NCBI GenBank assembly: GCA_965222155.1
Contig: CBDCTH010000012.1
Coordinates: forward strand, 3,008,001-3,072,000
Direction: 5' to 3'
Length of the DNA stretch: 64,000 bases
Source: Gammaproteobacteria bacterium
Lineage (GTDB): Bacteria; Pseudomonadota; Gammaproteobacteria; Eutrophobiales; Eutrophobiaceae
Shown here: positions 42,841 to 52,774 of the stretch, one piece after another
How positions within the stretch are numbered: position 1 is the first letter of the stretch
Layout of the letters: each line of letters starts with the position of its first letter
Notes under the pieces: generated by a model
Databases searched by the model: none
Told to the model about the DNA's origin: nothing
The model's input: only the letters and a program-made list of their open reading frames with translations
Made by a program: the position numbers and the translations under genes

Positions 42841-44004
42841 GTGAACAACAAGGTCGATGAAACAACTGAGGTAAAGGTTGCTGAACAAGCCGCCGCCGGA
42901 ATTGCCGAAGAGGCGGGCACTGGCGTCACTGAAGAAACCAATTCGATTGACGCCGGGACGAAACCCGAAACAGCGGACAGCACAAGCGCCGGCAAGCGCC
43001 GAGCTGGGGGCCGGCCCAGGGGTATTATCCTGTTCCTTATCGTGCTGCTTCTCGTAACTGCGGGTGCGGCAGGTTATTTTATTTTCGACCTCAGCAAAGC
43101 CAGGAAAGCCAGTGAAGCCGAACTTCAATCCCAGGCAGCCAGGCTGGATGTGCTGCAACAGAGTGCTGTGTCCCTGGCTGAAAACACCCGTCTACTTGAT
43201 ACCCGGTTGACCAGGACCAATGAACAGCTCGGCGGGGTGTTACACAACTTAACCAGCTTGCTCCGACAGGGAAACAACGATGTCGGCTGGCAACTGGCGG
43301 AACTGAAATACCTTTTCCTGATCGCCTCCCACCGTCTGGCGCTGGCCGGGGATGTGGACACGGCAAAAGCTATTTTACAATCTGCCGATACCAGGCTCAG
43401 GGAAATCGCCGACCCGGCGCTTATCCCCGTACGGGAACAGTTGATTGCGGATATCAACCGGTTGAATGAGGTGCCGCGTACAGATTATAGCGGTCTTGCC
43501 CTGATGCTGGGCGATCTGGCTCGCCGGGCGGATCGACTACCGCTGAAATTCAACTGGAGCGCTGAGCAAACGGTCGTAACGGCCAACGAAGATCCGATCG
43601 GGACGGGAAACAGCTGGCAGCACCTGGCCCGGGGCCTGTGGCAGGAATTAAAATCCCTGCTTGTCATTTCCCGCACCGATAAAAACAATGCCGCGTTGTT
43701 GACGCCGCAGGAACGCTACTTTTTATACCAGAATTTGCGCTTGCAGCTTGAGGCGGCCCGTCTGGCGCTATTGATCAGAGATGATGGCCAGTTCCGTCAG
43801 TCCGTCAATTCCTGCACAGATTGGTTGAATGAATACTTCGATGTCGATGATGAACGAGTGCAAAACGCGTTGGCTTCCCTGGAAAGAACGGTCGGCATCG
43901 GTTTGCAACAGGCTGTTCCATCCATCGACGCGACACTACGCGCGCTTGATGAGTATCTGACGCGGCAAACCGGAATAATAACCGGCGGCGTTGCGCAACA
44001 GTGA
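42841..44004 (+). CDS. hemX: HemX family protein
   Basis: TM plus coiled coil, WQLAE..YL, QNLRLQLE.ARLALL; hemCDXY synteny. Confidence 0.88.
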   Translation: MNNKVDETTEVKVAEQAAAGIAEEAGTGVTEETNSIDAGTKPETADSTSAGKRRAGGRPRGIILFLIVLLLVTAGAAGYFIFDLSKARKASEAELQSQAARLDVLQQSAVSLAENTRLLDTRLTRTNEQLGGVLHNLTSLLRQGNNDVGWQLAELKYLFLIASHRLALAGDVDTAKAILQSADTRLREIADPALIPVREQLIADINRLNEVPRTDYSGLALMLGDLARRADRLPLKFNWSAEQTVVTANEDPIGTGNSWQHLARGLWQELKSLLVISRTDKNNAALLTPQERYFLYQNLRLQLEAARLALLIRDDGQFRQSVNSCTDWLNEYFDVDDERVQNALASLERTVGIGLQQAVPSIDATLRALDEYLTRQTGIITGGVAQQ

Positions 44005-44828
44005 GAATAGTGTTCACCTTGCTCACTGTGTTGCTTCTTGCAGTCGCTATGGGGTGGTGGTTGCAACAGGCTCCGGGGGCGGTGATATTTACCTATAAGG
44101 AATGGATAATCCAAACCAGTCTGGTTGTATTCGTGCTTGCCGCCATCGTCTTGTTCCTCCTGGTTTATGTTTTAATTCGGGCGTTGAAAAAGGTGCTGGG
44201 ATTGCCGACTGATCTGCGCCACTGGTCCGAATACAGGCGGCGCGGCTTAATGTCCGCGGAGCAGGCCAAAGCAAAGCAGTTGACCTTCCATGCCGGATTG
44301 CTGCGACAGGCCGGCAACGAACAGGACGGGATTGCGTTGGAAAACGCCTGGCGGGCTATTCCGAACAAGCTGAAAAAGGAAAGCTCCCTGATCGGCGCTT
44401 ACGTAACGGAACGCTTGCGCCATGGGAGCAGCAGTGATTGTGAAGCCATGTTGCGGCGCGTGCTCAAGAGGCAGTGGGATGCGGAGTTGGTGCGACTGTT
44501 CGGTCTGGTTGAAGGCAGGAATCTTAAGCACCAATTGGAATTTGCCGAGAACTGTCTGTCCCGATTTCCCCAGGATTCGGCATTGTTGCTGGCTCTGGGT
44601 CGCTTGTGCAAAAAAAATCACCTCTGGGGAAAGGCCAGAAGTTACCTTGAACAAAGCATACAGACCCGACCTGATCCCGCAAGCTGCCAGGAACTGGCAA
44701 CTCTGCTTGAGCTACAGGGAGAGCACGCCGCCGCCAGATCGTATTTCCAGGAGGGCCTGAACCTGGCAACCGGTGGGCACGTGACCGGCGAAACAGGGAC
44801 GGCGCTGGTGGAAATTAAAGAGCCTTGA
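44001..44828 (+). CDS. hemY: HemY-like (HemY_N/TPR) protein, apparently with an in-frame internal deletion
   Basis: N-terminal TMs and C-terminal LGRLC....LWGKAR..LE present, but only 275 aa. Confidence 0.75.
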   Translation: MRIVFTLLTVLLLAVAMGWWLQQAPGAVIFTYKEWIIQTSLVVFVLAAIVLFLLVYVLIRALKKVLGLPTDLRHWSEYRRRGLMSAEQAKAKQLTFHAGLLRQAGNEQDGIALENAWRAIPNKLKKESSLIGAYVTERLRHGSSSDCEAMLRRVLKRQWDAELVRLFGLVEGRNLKHQLEFAENCLSRFPQDSALLLALGRLCKKNHLWGKARSYLEQSIQTRPDPASCQELATLLELQGEHAAARSYFQEGLNLATGGHVTGETGTALVEIKEP

Positions 44829-44854
44829 ATTTGGGAAAGGGTAAACAGGGCTTG

Positions 44855-45169
44855 TTATGAGGCGCTGACATGAAGGTCAATCCCCTCATTCTTACGTAGC
44901 AATGCTACCAGCGAAGAAATATTGTCAAGGCTGGGATTGCCGTTATCACTGAGCATACGCATCAGGCTTTGCGGTTTTTTATCCATAAGTTCTCCGAGTT
45001 GTTTAAAACCGAGAGTTGCATTGACGTAATCGCGCATCAGGACTTTTGCCACATTGACTTCATTATTCAGTAAGCATTCCGCCGCTTGTGTCAGCAAACC
45101 GACGCGAAATTCAGGATCGGTCTGTGCGCGTTCTTGAATCGTCACTTTAAAATCTCGAGTGAGTGCCAT
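44855..45169 (-). CDS. Addiction module antidote (HTH) protein
   Basis: MALTRDFK.TI..R...DPEF, LRDYVNATLGF-like segment, RMLS..GNP. Confidence 0.82.
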   Translation of the reverse strand: MALTRDFKVTIQERAQTDPEFRVGLLTQAAECLLNNEVNVAKVLMRDYVNATLGFKQLGELMDKKPQSLMRMLSDNGNPSLDNISSLVALLRKNEGIDLHVSAS

Positions 45170-45171
45170 AA

Positions 45172-45501
45172 TCAGTTACTCCTCCTCTTGCGAGTTTTGT
45201 AGGCTTTCCAACGGGCATGTGCCGTTTGAATATCCTGGCCTTGCCGCTTCTTGGTGCCTCCACCTAAAAGAATGACTAATTCATTACCGCTTTTACTGTA
45301 GTAAATGCGGTATCCGGGGCCGACATCAACCTTGTGCTCGCTGACGCCCTGCCCGACAGATTTTGTGTTGGAGAAGTTGCCTTGCTCCATCCGCGCGATC
45401 GCAGTACGTACTTTCAATGCTGCTTGAACATTGAGGGACGAGAACCACTTGGCAAAAGGATGAGAGCCATCTTCTCCCTCATATTCAACAATTCCGACCA
45501 T
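45172..45501 (-). CDS. Addiction module killer protein (RelE/ParE, Gp49-like toxin)
   Basis: PFAKWF..L, GNFSN.KSVG.GVSE, GPGYRIYY, LLGGGTKKRQ..DI. Confidence 0.88.
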   Translation of the reverse strand: MVGIVEYEGEDGSHPFAKWFSSLNVQAALKVRTAIARMEQGNFSNTKSVGQGVSEHKVDVGPGYRIYYSKSGNELVILLGGGTKKRQGQDIQTAHARWKAYKTRKRRSN

Positions 45502-45507
45502 GAAGGA

Positions 45508-45535
45508 AAGATAACATATATGTTATTATTGTCAA
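45508..45535 (-). promoter_or_regulatory. TA promoter with palindromic operator
   Basis: Minus-strand TTGACA-N16-TATCTT overlapping the perfect palindrome ATAACATATATGTTAT (45511-45526). Confidence 0.6.
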
Positions 45536-45577
45536 GCATTGTTGAAGTGTCTGATAAATGCCATTTGGCATGGAGCA

Positions 45578-45613
45578 GTTCCGATACCCCACCATCGGAA
45601 TGCCTGATACAAT
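45578..45613 (+). CRISPR. Solitary 36-bp type II-C CRISPR repeat
   Basis: GTTCCGATACCCCACCATCGGAATGCCTGATACAAT: 36 nt, GTT...AAT ends, embedded TGnTACAAT, 40 bp beyond the cas2 stop; no second copy seen. Confidence 0.65.
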
Positions 45614-45653
45614 TCGTGTGGATGTAACTTGTTGATTAGTAAAGACGTGGCCC

Positions 45654-45986
45654 TTAGAAAAGTGCTATCTGGCATGGTTCTGAGGGCCGTTTCTTTACTT
45701 TTTTCCTACCGAAAAACTCCCTTGTCATACCGTATTGCTTATCAGTCAGCAGGTAAAAAGAGACATGTGCGTCTTCGGGAATACCCGAAATCAGGCGATT
45801 GATCAGGGCGTCAGCGGCGGCGAAAGTAGGACAATGACGCAGGTAGACCGAGAATTGGTGTTGGGTGAAATTATTTTTCAATAGCAGTTTCCGGAAGACC
45901 ATGTAGGCATGTCGGTTCTCTGGGGTGCCGACAGGCGCGTCGTATAGAGCCATAACCCACACTATCCGCCAGGCGTTGGCTGGCAT
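45654..45986 (-). CDS. cas2: CRISPR-associated protein Cas2
   Basis: W....YD.P, FRKLLLK..F...QFSVYLR, LTDKQY. Confidence 0.92.
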   Translation of the reverse strand: MPANAWRIVWVMALYDAPVGTPENRHAYMVFRKLLLKNNFTQHQFSVYLRHCPTFAAADALINRLISGIPEDAHVSFYLLTDKQYGMTREFFGRKKVKKRPSEPCQIALF

Positions 45987-46873
45987 GGCAATCCCGGTGC
46001 ATTTATGCTGGTTTGTTTTCCATTAAGAATGCGAGTTAAGCTGGCCACGGTTTCCGCTATGGCAGGAGGGAGTCGAAAAGTACGTCCCGCAAGTTCTACT
46101 TCGCTAGAAAGAAATCCCATCAAAGCAACCCGCGCTGTGCCGTCGAAGGGTATGTTGTCGCTTCGTGCAATCACTTGCCGCTCAACGGTAAAACGGTATG
46201 GTTCCATCAAGTCATCAGCAAGATTAAAAGGGTTTTCCGAACTGTGGTGACCCAACCCCAAAGCCGGATTGAGACCGGCGGCAGCGATTTCCCGGGCAAC
46301 AAGCGAACGTAACACGGCAAAACCGAAATTAAGCCGAACATTGAGTGGTTCTGTAGCGCCACGTTTTTCCCGGCGTATCCCTTCCGGCAAGAGATGTCGC
46401 CAATAATGGCGACTCGCTTGAGCTTCAAGGTTGCTTCTATCTCCCGGTTCTACTCTGCGGCATAGACGTTCTAATCGTAGTGCGCCCTTGCGACTAAAAT
46501 AACGCAGGTTCATGGCTTGGGTAGCTATACGACTTTGTACCAGTTGGCTCCACAAAAGCTTCTGCTTCTCTGTGCCATCCAGTCCCATTTGTTGCCGCAG
46601 GCGGCGCACCAGTACGGAACCACCAACCCAGGGCCACAAGACTCCGCTGGGATTATGGTGCTCATCAGTAACCAGTATCATGCTTCCGGCTTGAGCCAGG
46701 GCGCGTAACACATGGACGCTAAGGCGTATGGCATGGTGGTGCAGCACCAATACGGCGATGTCGTCTGGCAAAATGAACGTATCTTCCATTTTCTGGCGGC
46801 GGATACGCAAGCGGCCATTCCGTATGGCTATTTCTGCTGGATTCTCAATCAGCAGAATTCGATGGGCAGGCAT
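45962..46873 (-). CDS. cas1: Type II CRISPR-associated integrase Cas1
   Basis: NLEAQA.R.YW, LNFGFAVLRS, GLGHHS.ENPFNLADDLMEPYR. Confidence 0.93.
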   Translation of the reverse strand: MPAHRILLIENPAEIAIRNGRLRIRRQKMEDTFILPDDIAVLVLHHHAIRLSVHVLRALAQAGSMILVTDEHHNPSGVLWPWVGGSVLVRRLRQQMGLDGTEKQKLLWSQLVQSRIATQAMNLRYFSRKGALRLERLCRRVEPGDRSNLEAQASRHYWRHLLPEGIRREKRGATEPLNVRLNFGFAVLRSLVAREIAAAGLNPALGLGHHSSENPFNLADDLMEPYRFTVERQVIARSDNIPFDGTARVALMGFLSSEVELAGRTFRLPPAIAETVASLTRILNGKQTSINAPGLPCQPTPGG

Positions 46874-49730
46874 CTTTTACCAACACAAGTTTTTTTATCT
46901 GTACCTCCTTCATCAATATACGTCGCGGTTTTTTAACCTTACCAAGGTCTGTTATTGCTTCGGTGACCGGACATACCCACAGTGGGTAGTTACTTTGATT
47001 TAACTGTTTTATAACATAATGACTTCCATTTGTGTCCTTTATAGTGTCACTCTTGTGTAGTCTTACGATTCCCGATGAGGGATGTTTTCCTTCCTGTTTT
47101 ATAGCTTCATGCGATCTTATGAAACGCAGTTCTGAATTTGAATCATTTTTATCGAATTCTAAACAGGCATATCCTGCAGGCTTCAAGTATTTGTAAAGGT
47201 TGGGATTACGATTACCATGCCTCACTTGCAGTGCATCGGGCGCCTTATCGCCTTTAATAAGTACCCTTCTTATAAGTGTACCCCAGCCAGGATGACGAAC
47301 GGTGTTTAGCGCTTGTTCGGGATTTACGCCTGCTGCAATGTTTTCTTTAAATGTCTTTTTGATTATCGTGCGGGTGGAATCGGGCAGAATATCGTTAATC
47401 TTTTCACGTACTCTATCCGTTGAGAGTGCCTTGCCGTTTTTGTCTCTCGTAAGGTCAGTCAGTTTTTTACGCTGGGCATAAAATAGTTCCCCATCTTCTT
47501 CTCTGATAGTAGAAGGGTTTTCTTTAAACATATTTCCGGTAGGCCAGCGGTCGGGACGGTGGCTGGGTCGACAGTTACGAACCAATTCCAAAGCTTGCTT
47601 GCGGATATCTTTCAAAGCTGGTTCGGCATAAAGGCGTAATTTCTTTTTGCTCGAATCTGTAACCTTTTTATAGTCCGTCGCCATGCACTGATACAAACCA
47701 CGGGTCGTTAGCGAGATAACAAGCGCGTCCACCAGATGATGGCGATGGTCGATACGTTTGTTCAGCCGGCGGTGGGTGCACTTGTCTTCGTCCACATGGT
47801 GCCCTTCCCAATAAGTACGGTATTTTTCGAAATCATCCTTTGACACTATACAGGCGTTCTGAACAGATTCTGCCTTATTGGGGTGATAATCTGCATCAAA
47901 CACGGGCATTCCTTCCTCGTAGCGAACCTGTGGGATTACCGTATCCAAGCCCCAGTTCCGGCGCAAATGAGCAGTGAGCAAGCCGCGGCTGACGGAAACA
48001 TTGGAACAGATACTCCGCAACCATTTTCCACAGGCTTTCGCAATCCAGGCAGTTTCCTGGAATTGCCTGTCGGTGAAATCATTGATGGCTATATCATCTA
48101 ATGCCTCGGTTTCAAAATCCCTTATCAGCAATTGCCGCGCTTTACCCTTATGTTTGAAAGTCCTTTCGTTACCGTCAATGGTTACTTTATAGCCGGCCTC
48201 GAATTGCGCGGCCCGACATTTGATGATGTCCCAGCGGTCCGGATCTCGTCCTTGCCCCCATTTCTGCCATGGGGTCATATTGTCTTTTTGCTGGTTACAT
48301 GCCTTATGCGCCAGCACCAGGAAATCTCGCTTTTTACCAATTCGAGTTAATGACTTTGGAAGAATATGTTCGTATTCCGTACTGTTGCCATTGATTGCAG
48401 CGCTGACGCAGATACATTCATTACAATAAGGGCAATATTTTTGTCCTTGCTCCTCCCATAACAGGTAACGCGTAATTTGTGATTGACTGGCTTCTTTTTC
48501 CGTGTGTTTCTTGATTTCGCCCGCTGCCCATTTGCGCCGTTTTTCATTTCTCCGCATCTTTGTTGTAATCTCACCGCGAGTTTTAAGACCTGTCTTCATA
48601 TCCCTGTTGAGTTCGATAATGATTTCACTCGGCGTTGTTCCTAACTGGCTAATGGCGGCGTTTATTTCACGGCGGACTTGGCCTAGTGATACGTCAACCA
48701 CAGTATTGCCAGTCGTTTCATGTTTTGGAAGTTCTCCGCTTAATTGATCTTGGAGCGGCTTATGGAAATCAGGATAAGCTGTCTCAATAGCACCATGTTC
48801 ATCTGTTTCCCGTTCTCGCATGATGGCTGTAATTTTGCTCAGGGCCTTGATGGAATAGCTGGACCTGCCGTCGTCAAGACCCATCTTCCTAAGACGATCA
48901 AATTTTCCACTGTCCAGCATTTTGTTAATGAAATCTCGGACTTCCGGTTTGATCCTGCGGTTAGCGACTTTCTTCGCTCCCTTCAGGTTCTTATCCCAAT
49001 CCGGGGTATCAAATACTTCCGGCGAACCCATATCTGCCAGCAGGTTGATAACACTGATCTGGTGGTTTTGTGCCAATGCTTTCCACTCATTCAACAGGCC
49101 TATAAATTTCACGGCGGCCGCGGTTTTATCACCTGTAAGTGTCTCCCGTTCACCACGAGCAAGATTCAATTCCTTCCCTTGTGGCCCTGGACAGCCAGCC
49201 CTTTCCAGTGCTTGATATAGGGAGCTGAATTTGACTTCTTTTCTACTTTGCAACTGGCCTCTGATGACTTCTTTTTGTTGTGAAGACAAGGACAGTGCAT
49301 TTCGAGTTGTGCCCCAACGCAGGTCAGCAATCTGTTTTTCAATACGAAATCCCTGCATGGCTGGTTGTGCCATGGGCGCTCGGGGCAGCATCGGTTCCAA
49401 TGAACAGTTGCCAACCATGGCCGCAGGAGATTTATGTGGTCGTTGCCTGATAATGGCCCGACAAAAATGTTCTCGTAAGGGTTTTCCGTTGAACTTAATC
49501 TTGAGTGCCGAATGATATTTTTCCTGAGTTTCCCATATATGATTGAATTCATCTTCCAGCATCTGGCGGTCAGCAAATAAACCATCTTCCTTGAGTCGCA
49601 AATGCTTACCGTCCTGGATACGTTTCAAAAGATATTGCCCCAACGTCTCACAGCCACACTCTTTCATAATAGCTTTCAAGTTGTTGATACCTGTTTCGGT
49701 GTACAGGTAAAGGCAACAAGACGCACACAT
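46845..49730 (-). pseudogene. cas9: Type II-C Cas9, 5'-truncated (no RuvC-I or bridge helix)
   Basis: REC segment TLGQYL, RuvC-II IIIELNRD, HNH CPYC...EHILP...CNQQK, RuvC-III HRHHLVDA; no GxDxG motif or Arg-rich helix, and too little room before the prk stop to encode them. Confidence 0.88.
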
Positions 49731-49802
49731 GGAGAAAATAGATGAATGGACTCAACCCCCGATAATTGCTTGGCAAGGTGAAACAAAGAGTGAAGCAAGA
49801 GT

Positions 49803-50684
49803 TCAGTTGTGAGTCGTTTCCTTGGCCGCCATTATCCGCTTGACAAGCGGTTCAATAATCAGCTGGATGGCAAAGTTCGTTTTGCCGGCAGGGATCACAA
49901 TCGTATAGGGTGTGGACATGAAAGAACCATGCAGCATTTCCAGCAGGTAAAGGAAATCGACCGCCAGCTTGTCCCGGTTACGCACATGGATGACGGTAAA
50001 ACTCTCGTCGCTGGAAGGGATATGCACGGCCCCGAACGGATTGGCGGTATCGACGGTCGGTACCCGCTGCAGGTTGATGTCAGTGCGGGAGAATTGCGGG
50101 GTGATATAGTGAACATAATCATGCATGCGTTCCAGGATCATGTCGGTGGCATCTTCGATGCTGTAGCCGCGAACTGCCTTGTCCCGCTGGATTTTCTGGA
50201 TCCATTCCAGGTTGATAATGGGTGTGATGCCGATAAGCACATCGACGTATTGGGCGATGTTTACCTCACCAGTGATCAGGCCGCCGTGCAGACCCTCGTA
50301 AAGCATTAAATGCGTATTTTCAGGCAGGGATTTCCAGGGTGTCAGTGTGCCGGGCGACCCACCGTGACGCGCAGCATCTGCGTCATTGTGAATATAATGA
50401 CGCTGTTTGCCCGTGCCGTATTCGGCATATTCCCTGAACCCGGCTTCAAGTTCCGCGAACAGGTTTCCTTCAGGTCCGAAGTGGGTAATGTGCCTGCCAT
50501 CGTCCATGGCTTCCCGGCCAAGACGCTCCATTTCCTCACGGTTATAGCGGTGGTAGCTGTCTCCTTCTACCACTGCGGCCTTGATACCCTGGCGATTGAA
50601 GATTTTCTCGAACGCTTCCTTGATATTGGTCGTCCCGGCCCCGGATGAGCCGGTCACGGCGATTATGGGGTGTTTTTTTGACAT
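49803..50684 (-). CDS. prkB: Phosphoribulokinase
   Basis: MSKKHPIIAVTGSSGAGTT, EGDS.H, YEGLHG, NLEWIQKI.RD, QRVPTVDT.NPF. Confidence 0.93.
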   Translation of the reverse strand: MSKKHPIIAVTGSSGAGTTNIKEAFEKIFNRQGIKAAVVEGDSYHRYNREEMERLGREAMDDGRHITHFGPEGNLFAELEAGFREYAEYGTGKQRHYIHNDADAARHGGSPGTLTPWKSLPENTHLMLYEGLHGGLITGEVNIAQYVDVLIGITPIINLEWIQKIQRDKAVRGYSIEDATDMILERMHDYVHYITPQFSRTDINLQRVPTVDTANPFGAVHIPSSDESFTVIHVRNRDKLAVDFLYLLEMLHGSFMSTPYTIVIPAGKTNFAIQLIIEPLVKRIMAAKETTHN

Positions 50685-50793
50685 GGCTCCCCTTGCATAA
50701 TGGATTATGGAGATTGTTTAAACAGCAATTCAGGAAGATGATACGGTATACTTTATCCTGGTAGGGCCGGTTTCTGTTAATTTTTTTGCCATC

Positions 50794-52542
50794 ATGCAGC
50801 AAAACAAACCCACTGATCTTGTACTTTACTTGCGCTTGCTGACTTATGTAAAGCCCTATCTGAGGATTTTTCTCGTAGCCGTGCTTGCCATGGCGGTCCT
50901 GGCCCTGACCAGTCCGGCGATTGCCGCATTATTCAAAAACATTACGGAGGGTGTTTTTCAGCAGGCCGAAGTCAACCTGATGACCCGTGTGGTTATTCCG
51001 ATCATCCTGGTCTTTCTTGTTGCCGCAGTATCCTCTTATATCAGCAGGTATGCCCTTGCCTGGGTTGCTGAAAGGTTGGTCATGGACCTGCGTACAGAGA
51101 TGTTCAGCCGTTTGTTGCAGCTATCCTGCGCCGACCTGGACCGGCACACCGCCGGCAGCCTGGTCTCCAAATTCACCTTTGACGTGACTCAATTAAAGGA
51201 TACGGGCGCTAATGTAATCACCACCCTGAGCAGGGATACCCTGAGCATTATCGGGCTGGTAGCCTGGATGGCCTATATTGACTGGCTGCTGACGCTGATT
51301 GCGTTCCTGGCCGGTCCGGTAATATTGGCGGTATTGCTGGCCCTGCGTCTGCGCCTGCGCAAGCTGAGCCGGTTGGTACAGGGTGCCATGGCGGACTTGC
51401 ACCATGTACTGAATGAAGCCATCGCCGCGCACCGGATCGTCAAGATATTTGCCGGACAGGACCAGGAGAGCAAAAGGTTCGGGCAAACGGCCAATACCAA
51501 CCGCCGCATGAACATGAAGTTTGTCGCGGCCTCGGCTGCAGGCACGCCCGTAATCAACATGATTACGGCGCTGGTGCTGGGTGTCATCGTTTATGCGGCC
51601 GCGGCGCATGCGGCGGCCGGCCAGATTTCCGTAGCTGAATTCAATTCCTTTTTTGCCGCATTACTCATGTTAATGAGTCCGTTGCGCAGATTGTCACGGA
51701 TAAATGAAGATTTGCAAAAGGGCCTGACGGCAAGCGAGAGTGTGTTTGGCTTCATTGACCAGGCAGCGGAGGCGGACGAGGGCGATGTTTCCGTTACCAG
51801 GCTGGCGGGACAGATCGAATTCCGCGACGTCAGTTTTGCTTACGGCGAGGCAGGCGAACCGGTGTTGGAGAACGTATCGATGACTGTCATGCCGGGACAG
51901 ACTGTAGCCGTTATCGGCCCCTCAGGCAGTGGAAAGACCTCTCTGGTGAATTTAATAGCCCGGTTTTATGAAACGGCAAATGGTGAGATCCGGGTGGACG
52001 GGCATGATATTCGCACTCTTTCCCTGGCCCAACTGCGGGAGAATATCGCCCTGGTGAGCCAGGACGTGGTCTTGTACAACGATACAGTGTTCAATAACAT
52101 CGCCTATGGCAGTAACCGCACGGCAACCGTGGAACAGGTCAGGGAAGCGGCCCGCCTGGCCGACGCCCTGACGTTTGTCGAGGCGCTGGAGAACGGCTTC
52201 GACACGGTCATAGGTAATGACGGCTCACGGCTGTCGGGCGGCCAACGACAACGCATTGCCCTGGCGCGGGCCTTGTTGAAAGATGCACCCGTCCTGATCC
52301 TGGATGAGGCCACGGCAGCCCTGGACACTGAATCGGAACGCAGTATCCAACAGTCCCTGGAATCAATCAAGCAGGGCAGAACCTGTATTATCATTGCTCA
52401 CCGGCTGACGACCATCGAAAAGGCGGATCACATATTCGTCCTGGATAAGGGCAAGCTAGTCGATGCTGGGGTTCATTCCCGACTGATTGCCCGTGATGGG
52501 GTGTATGCCCGGCTGTACGCCGGAGAAAAAGAGGCGGGCTGA
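50794..52542 (+). CDS. msbA: MsbA-like ABC exporter (fused permease/ATPase)
   Basis: TMD plus NBD, GPSGSGKT, LSGGQRQR, LDEAT, IAHRL. Confidence 0.82.
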   Translation: MQQNKPTDLVLYLRLLTYVKPYLRIFLVAVLAMAVLALTSPAIAALFKNITEGVFQQAEVNLMTRVVIPIILVFLVAAVSSYISRYALAWVAERLVMDLRTEMFSRLLQLSCADLDRHTAGSLVSKFTFDVTQLKDTGANVITTLSRDTLSIIGLVAWMAYIDWLLTLIAFLAGPVILAVLLALRLRLRKLSRLVQGAMADLHHVLNEAIAAHRIVKIFAGQDQESKRFGQTANTNRRMNMKFVAASAAGTPVINMITALVLGVIVYAAAAHAAAGQISVAEFNSFFAALLMLMSPLRRLSRINEDLQKGLTASESVFGFIDQAAEADEGDVSVTRLAGQIEFRDVSFAYGEAGEPVLENVSMTVMPGQTVAVIGPSGSGKTSLVNLIARFYETANGEIRVDGHDIRTLSLAQLRENIALVSQDVVLYNDTVFNNIAYGSNRTATVEQVREAARLADALTFVEALENGFDTVIGNDGSRLSGGQRQRIALARALLKDAPVLILDEATAALDTESERSIQQSLESIKQGRTCIIIAHRLTTIEKADHIFVLDKGKLVDAGVHSRLIARDGVYARLYAGEKEAG

Positions 52543-52774
52543 TTACGCCTTGAGCGTCGTTCCGGTGCTTGCCTGCAGCAGGCAAGCTGGAATCCAGCCA
52601 AACAAAGAGTCGCCTCCGACGACACGATAATAGACTGGGTTCCGGCATTCGCCGGAACGACGGCGGGGGGCTGCGCCGGCATGACGGACTGAATTTTACG
52701 GCTGGTTTTCTGTCTTCAGAGGCAGAATCCGACAGTATGCGTTTGCTCTGCCTCACCTGTTGTCCAGCCGGTTG

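Noticed and set aside
46845-49730. A naturally compact new Cas9 or IscB-like effector
   Set aside because: The remaining domains are ordinary II-C in size and order; the shortfall is a missing essential N-terminus.
49731-49802. Possible tracrRNA upstream of cas9
   Set aside because: No complementarity to the 36-bp repeat and no terminator-like hairpin visible.
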